Source of the DNA: Akkermansia muciniphila
GTDB taxonomy: Bacteria > Verrucomicrobiota > Verrucomicrobiia > Limisphaerales > SXQI01
Reading direction: 5' to 3'
Assembly (NCBI GenBank): GCA_945867235.1
Contig: CAMBHS010000001.1
Span: 3,839 to 67,838, forward strand
DNA length: 64,000 nt
The translations under genes were made by a program, and so were the position numbers. Position 1 is the stretch's first letter; the number at the start of each line of letters is the position of its first letter. The notes beneath the pieces were generated by a model. The model did not search any database, had not been told where the DNA came from, and was given only the letters and a program-made list of their open reading frames with translations. Shown here one piece after another: positions 28,210 through 37,848 of this stretch.

Positions 28210-29286
28210 ATGCGTCATGAGGTGTTAAAGAATATTAGCCGCGTGGTGATAAAGCTCGGCACCGGTGTTTTGACCGATGTTAAAAAGCAGCCAGACCTAG
28301 CTCAAATGGAGCTATTGGTTGCTCAGTTGGCTCGACTCCGCAAGAAAGGGTTGGATGTGGTCGTCGTCACCTCAGGCGCGGTTGGTGCGGGTATGGGAGT
28401 GCTCGGCCACAGTAAGCGACCCACTGAACTTGCCGAACTTCAGGCCTGTGCAGCCGTCGGCCAATCCCGGCTCATGGCAACCTACGAGCGGCTCTTTGGT
28501 CAGCATCAGATCAATGTAGCGCAGGTGTTACTGACCCATGAGGATCTTGAACACCACGAACGTCATCTCAATGCCCGCAACACCCTCGTTCGATTATTGC
28601 ACCACGGCATCATTCCGATCATCAATGAAAACGACGCGGTTTCCTTCACGGAAATTAAATTTGGAGATAATGATAAATTGTCGGCTCTCGTTGCCTGCCT
28701 ACTACCCGCCGACCTTCTAATCATTCTGACGACGATAGACGGCGTTGTTGAAAACTTCGGGAAGAGCGATCAAAAACTAATTTCGGTAATTAAAGAAATA
28801 GATCAAAATTTAGAATCGATCGCCGGAGGCACAACGAGCGCGACGGCTGTCGGAGGAATGATTTCGAAGATTCAAGCAGCGAAAATCGTCATTCGTTCCG
28901 GTGTTCCACTTGTCATTGCTTCAGGTCACAAAGCCGACGTTTTAGCACAAATAATTGATTGTCAGACCGTCGGAACGCTTTTTATCCCAAAGCCTACCAA
29001 GCTTCGAGGCCGGAAGCGGTGGATCGCTTTCTTTCACCATCCGAAAGGCTCGATAACAGTCGATGACGGTGCCAAAACGGCTTTACGCGAAAAAGGTCGC
29101 AGCTTACTACCTCCTGGGGTCCTCAAGTGTGACGGTGATTTTTCTGTCGGTGATGTCCTCAGGATATGCGACGCGGATGGGACGGAATTTGCACGCGGTA
29201 TTGTGAGGTTTAGCGTGGAGCAGATAAAAGGCGGCAATCTACCCAAATCGGTAATCATTCATCGAGACGACCTCGTCATTATTTAA
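28210..29286 (+). CDS. proB: glutamate 5-kinase with C-terminal PUA domain
   Basis: VVIKLGTGVLT, VVVVTSGAVGAG and IINENDAV are present. The C-terminal PUA-like region is GDVLRICDADGTEFARGIVRFS. Confidence 0.9.
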   Translation: MRHEVLKNISRVVIKLGTGVLTDVKKQPDLAQMELLVAQLARLRKKGLDVVVVTSGAVGAGMGVLGHSKRPTELAELQACAAVGQSRLMATYERLFGQHQINVAQVLLTHEDLEHHERHLNARNTLVRLLHHGIIPIINENDAVSFTEIKFGDNDKLSALVACLLPADLLIILTTIDGVVENFGKSDQKLISVIKEIDQNLESIAGGTTSATAVGGMISKIQAAKIVIRSGVPLVIASGHKADVLAQIIDCQTVGTLFIPKPTKLRGRKRWIAFFHHPKGSITVDDGAKTALREKGRSLLPPGVLKCDGDFSVGDVLRICDADGTEFARGIVRFSVEQIKGGNLPKSVIIHRDDLVII

Positions 29287-29296
29287 TCTCCTTCCC

Positions 29297-29956
29297 ATGA
29301 AGAAACACAACTCGGGCATTGACCGCCTTCTCGATATAATGGCTGCCTTGCGTGCGCCTTCGGGTTGCCCATGGGATCGCGAACAAAATCACCAGTCCAT
29401 TCGGTTCCATGCGATTGAGGAAGTCTATGAATTGCTCGATGCCATAGAGACGAAGGATGATCCCGAAATGTGCGAAGAATTGGGAGATCTTCTCCTTCAA
29501 ATTGTATTTCATTGTCAACTTGCCAAGGAACGCGGAGCTTTCGATTTTGACTCCGTCACTCAATCCATCAGCGACAAGTTGGTTCGTCGTCATCCCCATG
29601 TTTTTGCTGGCTCCAAAGCTAATTCTGTTACTGAAGTTTGGACACAATGGGAGAAAATTAAAAATCTGGAAAAGTCGGGAACCAAGCATGAAAGGACTTC
29701 CTCATTTGATGGAATTCCTAAGCACATTCCCGCGTTGCTTCGTGTTGAAAAGATTTCAAAAAAAGCTCAGAAATTAGGCTTGTTGAAACCGCAGCCAAAA
29801 ACAGAAACTAAATCTTCGCTCGCTCAAAAATTGTTCGACCTAACTTGTCGTGCTCAATCTCAAGGATGGTCGGCGGAGGAATTACTTCGTGGAAAATCGC
29901 GACGTCAGGAAAAAATCTGGCGCAATCAGGAAGCTAAATTAGTAAAAGTAAGTTGA
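29297..29956 (+). CDS. mazG: MazG-family nucleoside triphosphate pyrophosphohydrolase
   Basis: CPWDREQNHQSIRFHAIEEVYELLDAIE, EELGDLLLQIVFH and KLVRRHPHVF are present. The second MazG repeat is short and degenerate. Confidence 0.85.
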   Translation: MKKHNSGIDRLLDIMAALRAPSGCPWDREQNHQSIRFHAIEEVYELLDAIETKDDPEMCEELGDLLLQIVFHCQLAKERGAFDFDSVTQSISDKLVRRHPHVFAGSKANSVTEVWTQWEKIKNLEKSGTKHERTSSFDGIPKHIPALLRVEKISKKAQKLGLLKPQPKTETKSSLAQKLFDLTCRAQSQGWSAEELLRGKSRRQEKIWRNQEAKLVKVS

Positions 29957-29966
29957 GGTCTACGGC

Positions 29967-30263
29967 ATGGAATTGCCCCCTGATATTTGTCCGAATGGCG
30001 GCTCTTATGTTCCCAAAGGAGCACAATCATGCTCAGAATGTGGTGCTTGTAATGAAACAGGGTGGGCAGATGAAGCTCGAACTCAAAACCTCGATCTACC
30101 TGATAGTTCATTTAATTATGATGAGTTCGTTGCACAAGAATTCAGCTCTAAACCTCAACGTGCTCGCCGTTTCAACGGATGGATCTATGCGATTACAGTT
30201 TTTCTTTTAGTGGTCGCAATGAGTTGGTGGTTGGTGGATCTTTTGTCGGTCGCGTCGCGGTAA
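29967..30263 (+). CDS. small zinc-ribbon protein with C-terminal TM anchor (hypothetical)
   Basis: CPNGGSYVPKGAQSCSECGAC is a Cys cluster. An acidic linker (LDLPDSSFNYDEFVAQEF) and a TM (WIYAITVFLLVVAMSWWLVDLL) follow. It lies 10 nt after mazG and 5 nt before the next gene. The competing ORF at 29953..30210 in another frame has no such features. Confidence 0.5.
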   Translation: MELPPDICPNGGSYVPKGAQSCSECGACNETGWADEARTQNLDLPDSSFNYDEFVAQEFSSKPQRARRFNGWIYAITVFLLVVAMSWWLVDLLSVASR

Positions 30264-30268
30264 TCTGA

Positions 30269-32497
30269 ATGGATCACCTACATCACCGACAACTCAATAA
30301 ACAACCCGATCATTCCACGGATATGAACATAAATGGATATTCCATCGAGTCATTGATAAGCTTGGTTCTCGGCCTCACAATCATCTGCACTCATGCAGCC
30401 GTGAAGGATACGGCCTACTGGCAAGATCGTTCCAAAAAGTTCGAAATTCATCCGCAACTCCAAGGTGCAAAGTTCCTGAAAATGGAACTCACTCGAGATG
30501 GAATCGTCTATGTTCTTACCGATCGCGGTATGGCAAGGATTTTTGGAGAGGTGTTAGCTCTAGATAAGTCCTTCAGACCCCTCGCCGCACTCAAGCCGAT
30601 AGACATCTGTTCGGATACTGACGGCAATCTATATTATCTTTATCCCCAAGCGGTGCTGTCTAACGATAAATCAGGTTCGTTCTATCAAATATTGCCTGAA
30701 GCACATTACTCAACTATCGCAGCCTCCGCGAATGGCACGATTTTTCTAAGTGGAGCCCGAGGCTACGCTGCGGTGGTCGGAGGTAGGTTGCAAACGAATC
30801 TGTGGAGTGAAATTCCGGTCGGAGGCAGGTTCACATGTTCTGGGGATGATCTCTACATTTACCAAAGTAGGATGCTTTGGCATTGGAATGGGAAAAAACT
30901 GAATAAGCTGGGCGTAGATCAACCGTCTTCAATTACGTCGTTCGCATTGCAACGGGATGAAGCGATTATAGGCACGACCAATGGCTATGTTCAAATCGAT
31001 CGAACCAACGGCCATGTCATATTGCCTCAATTCAATCGCCTCCCATCGCCACATCTTTTGCAAATTCTTCCTGCCAAAGAGGGACTTTGGTTTGGTTCGC
31101 CAAAAGGTGTTTTCAGAGTCCGAAAAGAAGGTGTGGACTATTATGCATCTCGCCGCTGGTTATCTGATGACCACGTCATAGACCTCTGCGAAGCGGAGAA
31201 TGGAGGGGTGTTCGTCCTAACATCCAGTGGCCTCAGTCAAATTGAGTTTTACCGCACGACACTTGCGGAAAAAGCGAGGGTTTACGAAAATAAAATTCGG
31301 CAACGCCATATTCGTTTTGGATTTTGTTCCGAACTGCTTTTGAGCGTCCCCGGCGACATCACCTCGGCGCAGATGATCGATACGGACAATGATGGCACAT
31401 GGAGTGAATACTATTTAGCGAGCCAAGCCTTCCATTTCGGTGCGAATGGCGATGAATCCGCCCGCCGCAATGCATGGGAAACATTCGCTGCAATGGAGAG
31501 GCTCGAATCAATCAATGGTCTCAATGGATTTCCGTCCCGCACCTTCGAGCGATTGGGTTTTAAATACTCTGACCCCGACCGTTGGCATGACTGCGGAGAT
31601 GGTCAATGGGAATGGAAGGGAACAACCAGCAGTGATGAAATCAATTCCCACCTTTTTGGCTTGGCTGTTTTGTGGGAGACTTGCGCCAAAACGGAAATCG
31701 AACGCAATCGAATCCGCCGATGGGTGGATCGTGTCGTCGGTCATATTGTTCGGAACCAATACTATCTGATTGATATCGACGGAAAACCCACTCTTTGGGG
31801 TCGATGGCATCCTGAGTATGTCAACTCCTACCCGCCGACCGTCGGAGATCGGAGGTTGAACAGTTCGCAAATGATTGGATTCCTTCAATTTGCTCATCAC
31901 ATCACAGGCAAGGAAATATACCGAAATAAAGCCTACGAATTGATTGAGAAAAGCGGGTTCTTGAACAACATCCGCAACAGCCTGACGCGGATCGATGCCA
32001 ATAACAATGCGACCCACCAAGGCATCCAAATGGGAGATGTTTGGAATCATTCTGATGATATGCTTGGATTTATTTCTTACTGGAACCTATTTAGGTATCC
32101 CTTCAATCGCGACATCCGTAACGCTGCCAAGTTCGCGACTAAGGATCATTGGTTCATAGAAAAAGAGGAACGTAATCCGCTCTGGTCCGCGATCTATGCG
32201 GCTAACGGTGGAGTAAAACCTGACATAGAAAATGCGTTGTGGACCTTGCGACGTTACCCGTTGGATTTGATCGACTGGAGGATCCAAAATAGCCATCGAT
32301 TGGATATCACCCGACTGTCGCCAAACTTTCGCCTGCGCGAACTCCAAGAATTGCTGCCTCCAAGCGAACGTGTCATCACCCGTTGGAATAGTCACCCATT
32401 CGTGCTGGACGGTGGCACGGGAGGTCAAACGGAACTAGCTGGTGATGAGTTCCTGCTTCCTTATTGGATGATGCGTTATTTAAAAGTGTTAGAATAA
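30269..32497 (+). CDS. exported hypothetical protein: N-terminal beta-propeller-like region plus a C-terminal alpha-helical, possibly (alpha/alpha)6 glycosidase-like, domain
   Basis: 742 aa with a signal/anchor (LISLVLGLTIICTHA). Reg_prop-like repeats include GLWFGSPKGVFRV and IIGTTNGYVQID. The C-terminal half is rich in Trp/aromatic helical motifs (DTDNDGTWSEYYLASQAFHFGANGDESARRNAWETF, TSSDEINSHLFGLAVLWE, LLPYWMMRY). Coding is confident; the function is a guess. Confidence 0.5.
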   Translation: MDHLHHRQLNKQPDHSTDMNINGYSIESLISLVLGLTIICTHAAVKDTAYWQDRSKKFEIHPQLQGAKFLKMELTRDGIVYVLTDRGMARIFGEVLALDKSFRPLAALKPIDICSDTDGNLYYLYPQAVLSNDKSGSFYQILPEAHYSTIAASANGTIFLSGARGYAAVVGGRLQTNLWSEIPVGGRFTCSGDDLYIYQSRMLWHWNGKKLNKLGVDQPSSITSFALQRDEAIIGTTNGYVQIDRTNGHVILPQFNRLPSPHLLQILPAKEGLWFGSPKGVFRVRKEGVDYYASRRWLSDDHVIDLCEAENGGVFVLTSSGLSQIEFYRTTLAEKARVYENKIRQRHIRFGFCSELLLSVPGDITSAQMIDTDNDGTWSEYYLASQAFHFGANGDESARRNAWETFAAMERLESINGLNGFPSRTFERLGFKYSDPDRWHDCGDGQWEWKGTTSSDEINSHLFGLAVLWETCAKTEIERNRIRRWVDRVVGHIVRNQYYLIDIDGKPTLWGRWHPEYVNSYPPTVGDRRLNSSQMIGFLQFAHHITGKEIYRNKAYELIEKSGFLNNIRNSLTRIDANNNATHQGIQMGDVWNHSDDMLGFISYWNLFRYPFNRDIRNAAKFATKDHWFIEKEERNPLWSAIYAANGGVKPDIENALWTLRRYPLDLIDWRIQNSHRLDITRLSPNFRLRELQELLPPSERVITRWNSHPFVLDGGTGGQTELAGDEFLLPYWMMRYLKVLE

Positions 32498-32888
32498 TGC
32501 TTGGGCAATAGCACGGTTTTTTGGATGTTTCGACGGCGTTTTTTTCCAATGGTTTTAACTTGAGTTGCACCACCAATTGGTTCAAGGATTGTTGTGTGCC
32601 CTCCGCTTGATGAAGGTGGAAGTCCAAGTGCTCTTTGAGAAAGAGATATTGTTCAATTTACCCTGCCATGTTCGTGGTAAGAAGCAAAAGTCCTTTGGTC
32701 GTATATAAATAATCAATGGAGCCTCAGCTTCAATGTTTAAGACAGGCCTTAACTGGAAGTCCGATGCATTGCTGCCGGTTCCGACTGTTTCTATAAAAAG
32801 TTCAAAGGAACTGTTATTCACGGCATTACGGTGGGGTTCTCTTTTTTTGGAATATCGTTCCCTCCTGATTCCATGTTAAAGTGACTGC

Positions 32889-34265
32889 GTGGCTCAGGAA
32901 GAATTATTCCAACCGACCGAAAGCATAAAAATTGATGCTGCGGATCGAACCGCTCCTTATACTTTGCATCATGCACCATTGGCTGCTCGCATGCGGCCAT
33001 CAACTCTTCTCGAATACATAGGCCAACAGCATATTCTTGCTCCAGGAATGTTGTTACGGCGTGCGATCGAGGCTGATCGCATTCAATCCCTGATCCTTTA
33101 TGGCCCGCCTGGCACGGGTAAAACATCGCTCGCCCAATTGATTGCCGCGCAAACGAAATCCCGATTTGAAAGATTAAGTGGCGTGGAATCGAACGTGGCG
33201 GACATGCGACGTGTTTTGCAAGGAGCACAAAACAGACTGCAGAATACAGGTCAATCAACCATCCTGTTCATTGACGAGATTCACCGATTCAATAAAAGCC
33301 AGCAGGACGTTTTGTTGCCCGATGTGGAGAGTGGGATTGTCCGACTGATCGGTGCCACAACTCATAATCCATTTTTCTTCGTTAATTCGCCCCTCGTCTC
33401 TCGTTCGCAAATTTTTGAACTCCAACCTCTGAACGAATCAGATTTAATCGAATTGATGCGACGCGCCTTGGTTGATCCTGTGCGGGGATTGGGTCACATG
33501 CGCCTAGAGGTTTATGAAGACGCCCTGTTGCATTTGGCTCGCAAAGGGGATGGTGATGCGAGGAAAACTCTCAATTCACTTGAAATTGCCGCTCTAACCA
33601 CAGTTCCTTCTGCGGATGGCTTTATCCATATTACCTTAGCTGTAGCTGAGCAAAGCATCCAAAAGAAAGCTGTGGTTTATGACGGCGATGGTGACGCTCA
33701 CTACGATACCATTTCCGCTTTTATCAAATCCATGCGAGGAAGTGATGTGGATGCCTCTCTTTATTGGTTAGCCAAAATGATTCATGCCGGTGAGGACCCT
33801 CGATTTATATCACGTCGCATCATAATTTGTGCTGCCGAAGATGTTGGACTGGCGGATCCCATGGCCCTCATTTTAGCTAATGCCGCCCATAGTGCTGCTG
33901 AGTTTGTTGGCTGGCCTGAAGCCCGCATTCCTCTTGCTGAAGCCACTATTTACATTGCATCGGCTTTTAAAAGCAATAGTGCCTATGAAGCCATTGATGC
34001 CGCCTTGGAAGATGTTAAATCAGGACGCACTCTCCCCGTGCCAATTCACCTTCGAGATGGCTCATATTCGGGATCCCAACGATTGGGTCATGGGCAGGGT
34101 TACGAATATGCGCATTCACACGAGGATCATTTTGTAGCTCAAGATTACTTAGGTGCGAATCGTCATTACTATCATCCGACGAATCAAGGATCAGAACGTA
34201 AAATCAAAGAGCGTGTTGATAAATGGCGTTCTGAACTCGAGCAAGTGCGGCCTCCATTGAAATGA
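32889..34265 (+). CDS. rarA: replication-associated recombination protein A (AAA+ ATPase)
   Basis: PLAARMRPSTLLEYIGQQHIL, Walker A LILYGPPGTGKTSLA, Walker B/sensor ILFIDEIHRFNKSQQDVLLP and the MgsA C-terminal domain (YWLAKMIHAGEDPRFISRR). The start is uncertain: GTG at 32889 or TTG at 32964. Confidence 0.9.
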   Translation: MAQEELFQPTESIKIDAADRTAPYTLHHAPLAARMRPSTLLEYIGQQHILAPGMLLRRAIEADRIQSLILYGPPGTGKTSLAQLIAAQTKSRFERLSGVESNVADMRRVLQGAQNRLQNTGQSTILFIDEIHRFNKSQQDVLLPDVESGIVRLIGATTHNPFFFVNSPLVSRSQIFELQPLNESDLIELMRRALVDPVRGLGHMRLEVYEDALLHLARKGDGDARKTLNSLEIAALTTVPSADGFIHITLAVAEQSIQKKAVVYDGDGDAHYDTISAFIKSMRGSDVDASLYWLAKMIHAGEDPRFISRRIIICAAEDVGLADPMALILANAAHSAAEFVGWPEARIPLAEATIYIASAFKSNSAYEAIDAALEDVKSGRTLPVPIHLRDGSYSGSQRLGHGQGYEYAHSHEDHFVAQDYLGANRHYYHPTNQGSERKIKERVDKWRSELEQVRPPLK

Positions 34266-34861
34266 ATTCCACAGTTCAAGAGGCTAAAGCTTTATTGCGG
34301 GTGCGACAACAACTCATGGCTAAGTCAATGACTTGCGATCAGCGCAGTTTGTGGTCAGAGGTCATTGTTGAACGGCTCACAGCACTCCCTGCGTGGCAAA
34401 GTGCTCACCGCATTCTTCTCTACGCCCCTCTCCGCGATGAGCCAGACATTGCATCCCACATCCGCTTGGATGATTTTCCGAACAAAGAATTCTTTCTGCC
34501 CCGATTCCATGCCGATTCGGGTGGGTATGTTGCGACTGAGTTCAACGGAAACTGGCTCGAACTGCTTCAAGGAACATTCGGAATTCGCGAACCAAAATTA
34601 GAATCGCCAGAACTCCCCTTGAAGCATCTGGACTTAATCGTCGTTCCGGGGTTAGTATTTGATAGTCAAGGACATCGTTTGGGGCGAGGTAAAGGATTCT
34701 ATGACCAATTGTTGGCGCAAACACGCGGAGTCAAATGTGGAGTGGCTTTCGAACACCAAGTCATGAGCGACATTCCCATGGAACCCCACGACATTCAGAT
34801 GGATATATTGATTTCTTCCGTTCGAGGAAACAATTTCATCCAACCGATAAAAACTATTTAA
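34262..34861 (+). CDS. 5-formyltetrahydrofolate cyclo-ligase
   Basis: GTFGIREP and DLIVVPGLVFDSQGHRLGRGKGFYD are the family signature. There is an ATGA overlap with rarA. Confidence 0.85.
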   Translation: MNSTVQEAKALLRVRQQLMAKSMTCDQRSLWSEVIVERLTALPAWQSAHRILLYAPLRDEPDIASHIRLDDFPNKEFFLPRFHADSGGYVATEFNGNWLELLQGTFGIREPKLESPELPLKHLDLIVVPGLVFDSQGHRLGRGKGFYDQLLAQTRGVKCGVAFEHQVMSDIPMEPHDIQMDILISSVRGNNFIQPIKTI

Positions 34862-36423
34862 TGCAATTGGCACAAATCACCCTCCGAGATTTGCTGATTC
34901 TAGTTCTCGGTATTGTTGTTGGTATTTGTTGGCTGCGACTTCAAACAAGACGTCGCCGAGAATCTGACGCTATAGAACAGACGAACATTCTAAACCAGGC
35001 ACGTCGGGAGGGAGACACCATCATTAGAGAGGCTAAACTTGCAGCAAGTGAAGAAGGCCTGAAATTACGTAAACAATTCGATCAATCAATGGCTTTGGAA
35101 AACCAAACCATGGTTGAAATGAATCAAGAACTCTTGCAACGTAAATTGGTGGTAATCGCGCAGGAGAAAACCCTCCTTCGCGCTCAAGCGGTGCTCAACG
35201 AAAAGGAAATCCTTGTGGATTGCCGAGCCGAAGAGGTTCAAGTTCACAAATTGGAGGTTGATCAACTGGACGAACGTCGCAGAGCGTTGCTCGAATCCTC
35301 CGGAAAGTTAAGTCAACACGAAGCTCGCGCTCAAATCCTTCGTGACGCCGAACAATCCTCGCTTAAGGATGCGGCCGAGATAAATCGACGCATAATTGAT
35401 GACGCTAAAAAACATGCCGAACATGATGCTAGGCGTGTTATTTCATTGGCGATCCAACGTTATGCAGGGGCGCATACGTTTGAAAGCACCACGGCCACCG
35501 TCAGTCTGATTGGCGACGACATCAAGGGGCGAATCATCGGTCGTGAGGGTCGCAATATCCGAGCCTTCGAGGCGGCCACTGGAATCACTGTCCTCATCGA
35601 TGATACACCAAATGCAGTGGTGCTTTCTGGATTTGACCCAGTGAGACGCGAGGTCGCTCGTGAGGCCATGCAACGACTTATACTTGATGGACGCATCCAT
35701 CCCACGCGCATTGAGGAAGTGGTGGAACAGGTTGCCCAGGAAATAAAGGAAAACATAATAAAAGCAGGCGAGGATGCCGTATTCGCTTTGAACTTACCTC
35801 CGTTGAATCCGGAAATTGTTCGCCTGTTAGGCAGCCTCAAATTTCGTCACAGTTTTACCCAAAATATCTTGGCTCACTCCGTTGAGGTTGGACATTTGAC
35901 AGGACTTCTTGCCTCCGAAATCGGTGCAGATATTGTAGCCGCCAAACGGAGTGGACTGTTGCACGATATTGGCAAGGCACTCAGTCATGAAATAGAAGGT
36001 CCACATGCTTTGGTAGGGGCGGATTTTATCCGACGCCATGGGGAATCAGACGATATTGTTAACGCCGTCGGCTCTCATCACGATGAAATCCCGCACACAA
36101 CCGTTTTAGGAATTTTGGTAAGTGCTGCCGATGCCATGAGTGCTACCCGACCTGGGGCCAGATCCGAGGCCGCAACCACCTACCTCAAGCGACTAGAAAG
36201 TCTTGAGCAAATAGGGAATTCATTCCCTGGAGTCGAAAAATGCTTTGCGGTTCACGCGGGGAGAGAGCTTCGGATCATGGTTCAACCTTCAACCTTGAGC
36301 GACGAAGAATCCTTTTCTCTTGCCAGAAATATCGTGCGGAAAATCGAAGAAGAACTTAATTACCCAGGCCAGATTCGAGTGACGGTGGTTCGAGAAACCC
36401 GTTGCATTGAATACGCCAAGTAA
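34861..36423 (+). CDS. rny: ribonuclease Y
   Basis: From the ATG at 34861 (a TAATG overlap with the previous stop): an N-terminal TM (LLILVLGIVVGICWL) and a coiled coil. KH domain GRIIGREGRNIRAFEAATGITVLIDDTP; HD domain HSVEVGHLTGLLA...LLHDIGKA. The 42-aa upstream extension in the track is spurious. Confidence 0.9.
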   Translation: MQLAQITLRDLLILVLGIVVGICWLRLQTRRRRESDAIEQTNILNQARREGDTIIREAKLAASEEGLKLRKQFDQSMALENQTMVEMNQELLQRKLVVIAQEKTLLRAQAVLNEKEILVDCRAEEVQVHKLEVDQLDERRRALLESSGKLSQHEARAQILRDAEQSSLKDAAEINRRIIDDAKKHAEHDARRVISLAIQRYAGAHTFESTTATVSLIGDDIKGRIIGREGRNIRAFEAATGITVLIDDTPNAVVLSGFDPVRREVAREAMQRLILDGRIHPTRIEEVVEQVAQEIKENIIKAGEDAVFALNLPPLNPEIVRLLGSLKFRHSFTQNILAHSVEVGHLTGLLASEIGADIVAAKRSGLLHDIGKALSHEIEGPHALVGADFIRRHGESDDIVNAVGSHHDEIPHTTVLGILVSAADAMSATRPGARSEAATTYLKRLESLEQIGNSFPGVEKCFAVHAGRELRIMVQPSTLSDEESFSLARNIVRKIEEELNYPGQIRVTVVRETRCIEYAK

Positions 36424-36481
36424 ACCAACATCCTCCATCCTCGGAAAAACTCCCTTGAGACGATTATCGTGAGGGTATTTT

Positions 36482-36640
36482 CTACCGCCCTTGATTCATC
36501 ATCGAAGGCAAACCGTGTTCCCAGTTTTGTTGGGTGTTCCAAGGGCGCTCTGACATTGATGAATCCGTTGAAGCACAACCTGAAACGAACACAGCTATAA
36601 CCAAGCTCAGGATTATTACGATGGGTTGAGATTTTTGCAT
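36482..36640 (-). CDS. small lipoprotein (52 aa, hypothetical)
   Basis: From the ATG at 36640: MQKSQPIVIILSLVIAVFVSGCASTD, a signal peptide with lipobox VSGC. It lies 11 nt downstream of the coiled-coil gene. Confidence 0.45.
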   Translation of the reverse strand: MQKSQPIVIILSLVIAVFVSGCASTDSSMSERPWNTQQNWEHGLPSMMNQGR

Positions 36641-36651
36641 ATCACAACCGT

Positions 36652-37407
36652 TCAATAAAAGACCTGATCGCCTTCTAACACATCGTCCTGTTTCCAATCA
36701 GCAAGGATGTTTGCAATACTGCGATTCGGCTCAACGGTTATAATCTTAACTTTAGCAATGAGTTTGCCATTCCGATTAACCAGCATTTTGGCATTTTGAA
36801 CCAAGCCCTGATTTCCACCAATGTTGAGAACAACAAAGTCAAATTTAGGATCAACAGCCACGACCTGACCCTTGGTGCCCGCAGGGAGTGCCACTTCTAC
36901 TTCCTCGGTTTCTTTATATTTATCGAGTTCAGCTTTCATTACCCGCGCGTTTCGAGCGAACACCTTGTTTTCTTCGCTGTAGGCATCGCGAGCCGCAACA
37001 GCCTTATCACGTTCATCCCGCAATGGCCGGATTTGATCCACGCTCATATTAAGGCTTTTCCAAGCTGATAATTCACGATTTGACTCAACCTTTTCCTCAG
37101 TCGTTTTAGTCAAATCGGCGATGGCTTTGTCGGCACGCGCTTTCTGTTCGGTTGCCGTAGTCAAAGCCATGCCCAGAACTTTAGTTACTTCTTCAAACGC
37201 TTTGTTGGTTGAAGTCAACTGTGTTTCGAGTGCCTTTTTTTCGGCGGATGCTTTTGTCGCCGCTGATTGGGCGGTTTCTCTCGCCGCATTCGCATCCGTG
37301 AGGTCAGTATTCAATGTGCCAATTTTGCCGCCGACTTGGTCGTGGGCAAAATACAACGTGACCAGACTGACTACGAGAGCCAGTGCAAGACTGATTTTGA
37401 TTAACAT
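36652..37407 (-). CDS. membrane-anchored coiled-coil protein with a C-terminal beta-rich domain (hypothetical)
   Basis: N-terminal anchor MLIKISLALALVVSLVTLYF. About 150 aa are heptad-like and Ala/Lys/Glu/Thr-rich. The C-terminus is KGQVVAVDPKFDFVVLNIGGNQGLVQNAKMLVNRNGKLIAKVKIITVEPNRSIANI. Confidence 0.5.
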   Translation of the reverse strand: MLIKISLALALVVSLVTLYFAHDQVGGKIGTLNTDLTDANAARETAQSAATKASAEKKALETQLTSTNKAFEEVTKVLGMALTTATEQKARADKAIADLTKTTEEKVESNRELSAWKSLNMSVDQIRPLRDERDKAVAARDAYSEENKVFARNARVMKAELDKYKETEEVEVALPAGTKGQVVAVDPKFDFVVLNIGGNQGLVQNAKMLVNRNGKLIAKVKIITVEPNRSIANILADWKQDDVLEGDQVFY

Positions 37408-37568
37408 GGATCTTCTAGGGTCAGATTAAAATTCACCACCAAACTAACGCTGATCATCTCGAACGTCAATGATTACGTAAATAAAACAAAAGCGTCTTCG
37501 ATAGGGTATTCACATTCATGAAGATTTGGATTGCGCGACCGGATTCTAGCGGTATTTTATCGGCACAC

Positions 37569-37642
37569 TGTCCGATGGTGTAATGGTAGCACAAGGCTCT
37601 TTGGAGGCCTTTGTCATGGTTCGAATCCATGTCGGACAGCCA
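37569..37642 (+). tRNA. tRNA-Gln (anticodon UUG), CCA encoded
   Basis: Hand-folded cloverleaf. Acceptor tgtccga/tcggaca is 7 perfect bp. D arm gtgt-aatggta-gcac. Anticodon arm aggct-cTTTGga-ggcct places the anticodon TTG at 37601-37603. Variable loop is 4 nt. T arm catgg-ttcgaat-ccatg. Discriminator G, then CCA. Confidence 0.9.
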
Positions 37643-37848
37643 TCCCTCTATTCAACAGACATTGTTCCTCCAGCTTTTACTCACATCCACTCCGGTTTTC
37701 TGAAAGAACTTGCAGGGCGGACGATCACTCATTATAGAAATACGACGAAACTGTACAGTCGGTTTGTTATCGCTGACTTTATTTGCAGTATAGCGATCAC
37801 GAGAATTTTCTCGCGATAAGATTTCACACCACTCTGGGATTTAAAGCC

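Noticed and set aside
32582-32821. 79-aa minus-strand ORF in the rarA upstream gap
   Set aside because: It has a GTG start only, no internal Met, no RBS-like sequence and no family match. I kept it as a note within the gap finding rather than calling it a CDS.
32498-32888. Possibility that the 390-nt gap encodes RNase P RNA, SRP RNA or tmRNA
   Set aside because: GGAAGTCC resembles the RNase P CR-I core only superficially. The other universal blocks are absent: an ACAGAA-type CR-IV/V element, the SRP GGAA/AGCA helix-8 motif, and the tmRNA tRNA-like ends. The region is also not GC-rich or structured enough by eye.
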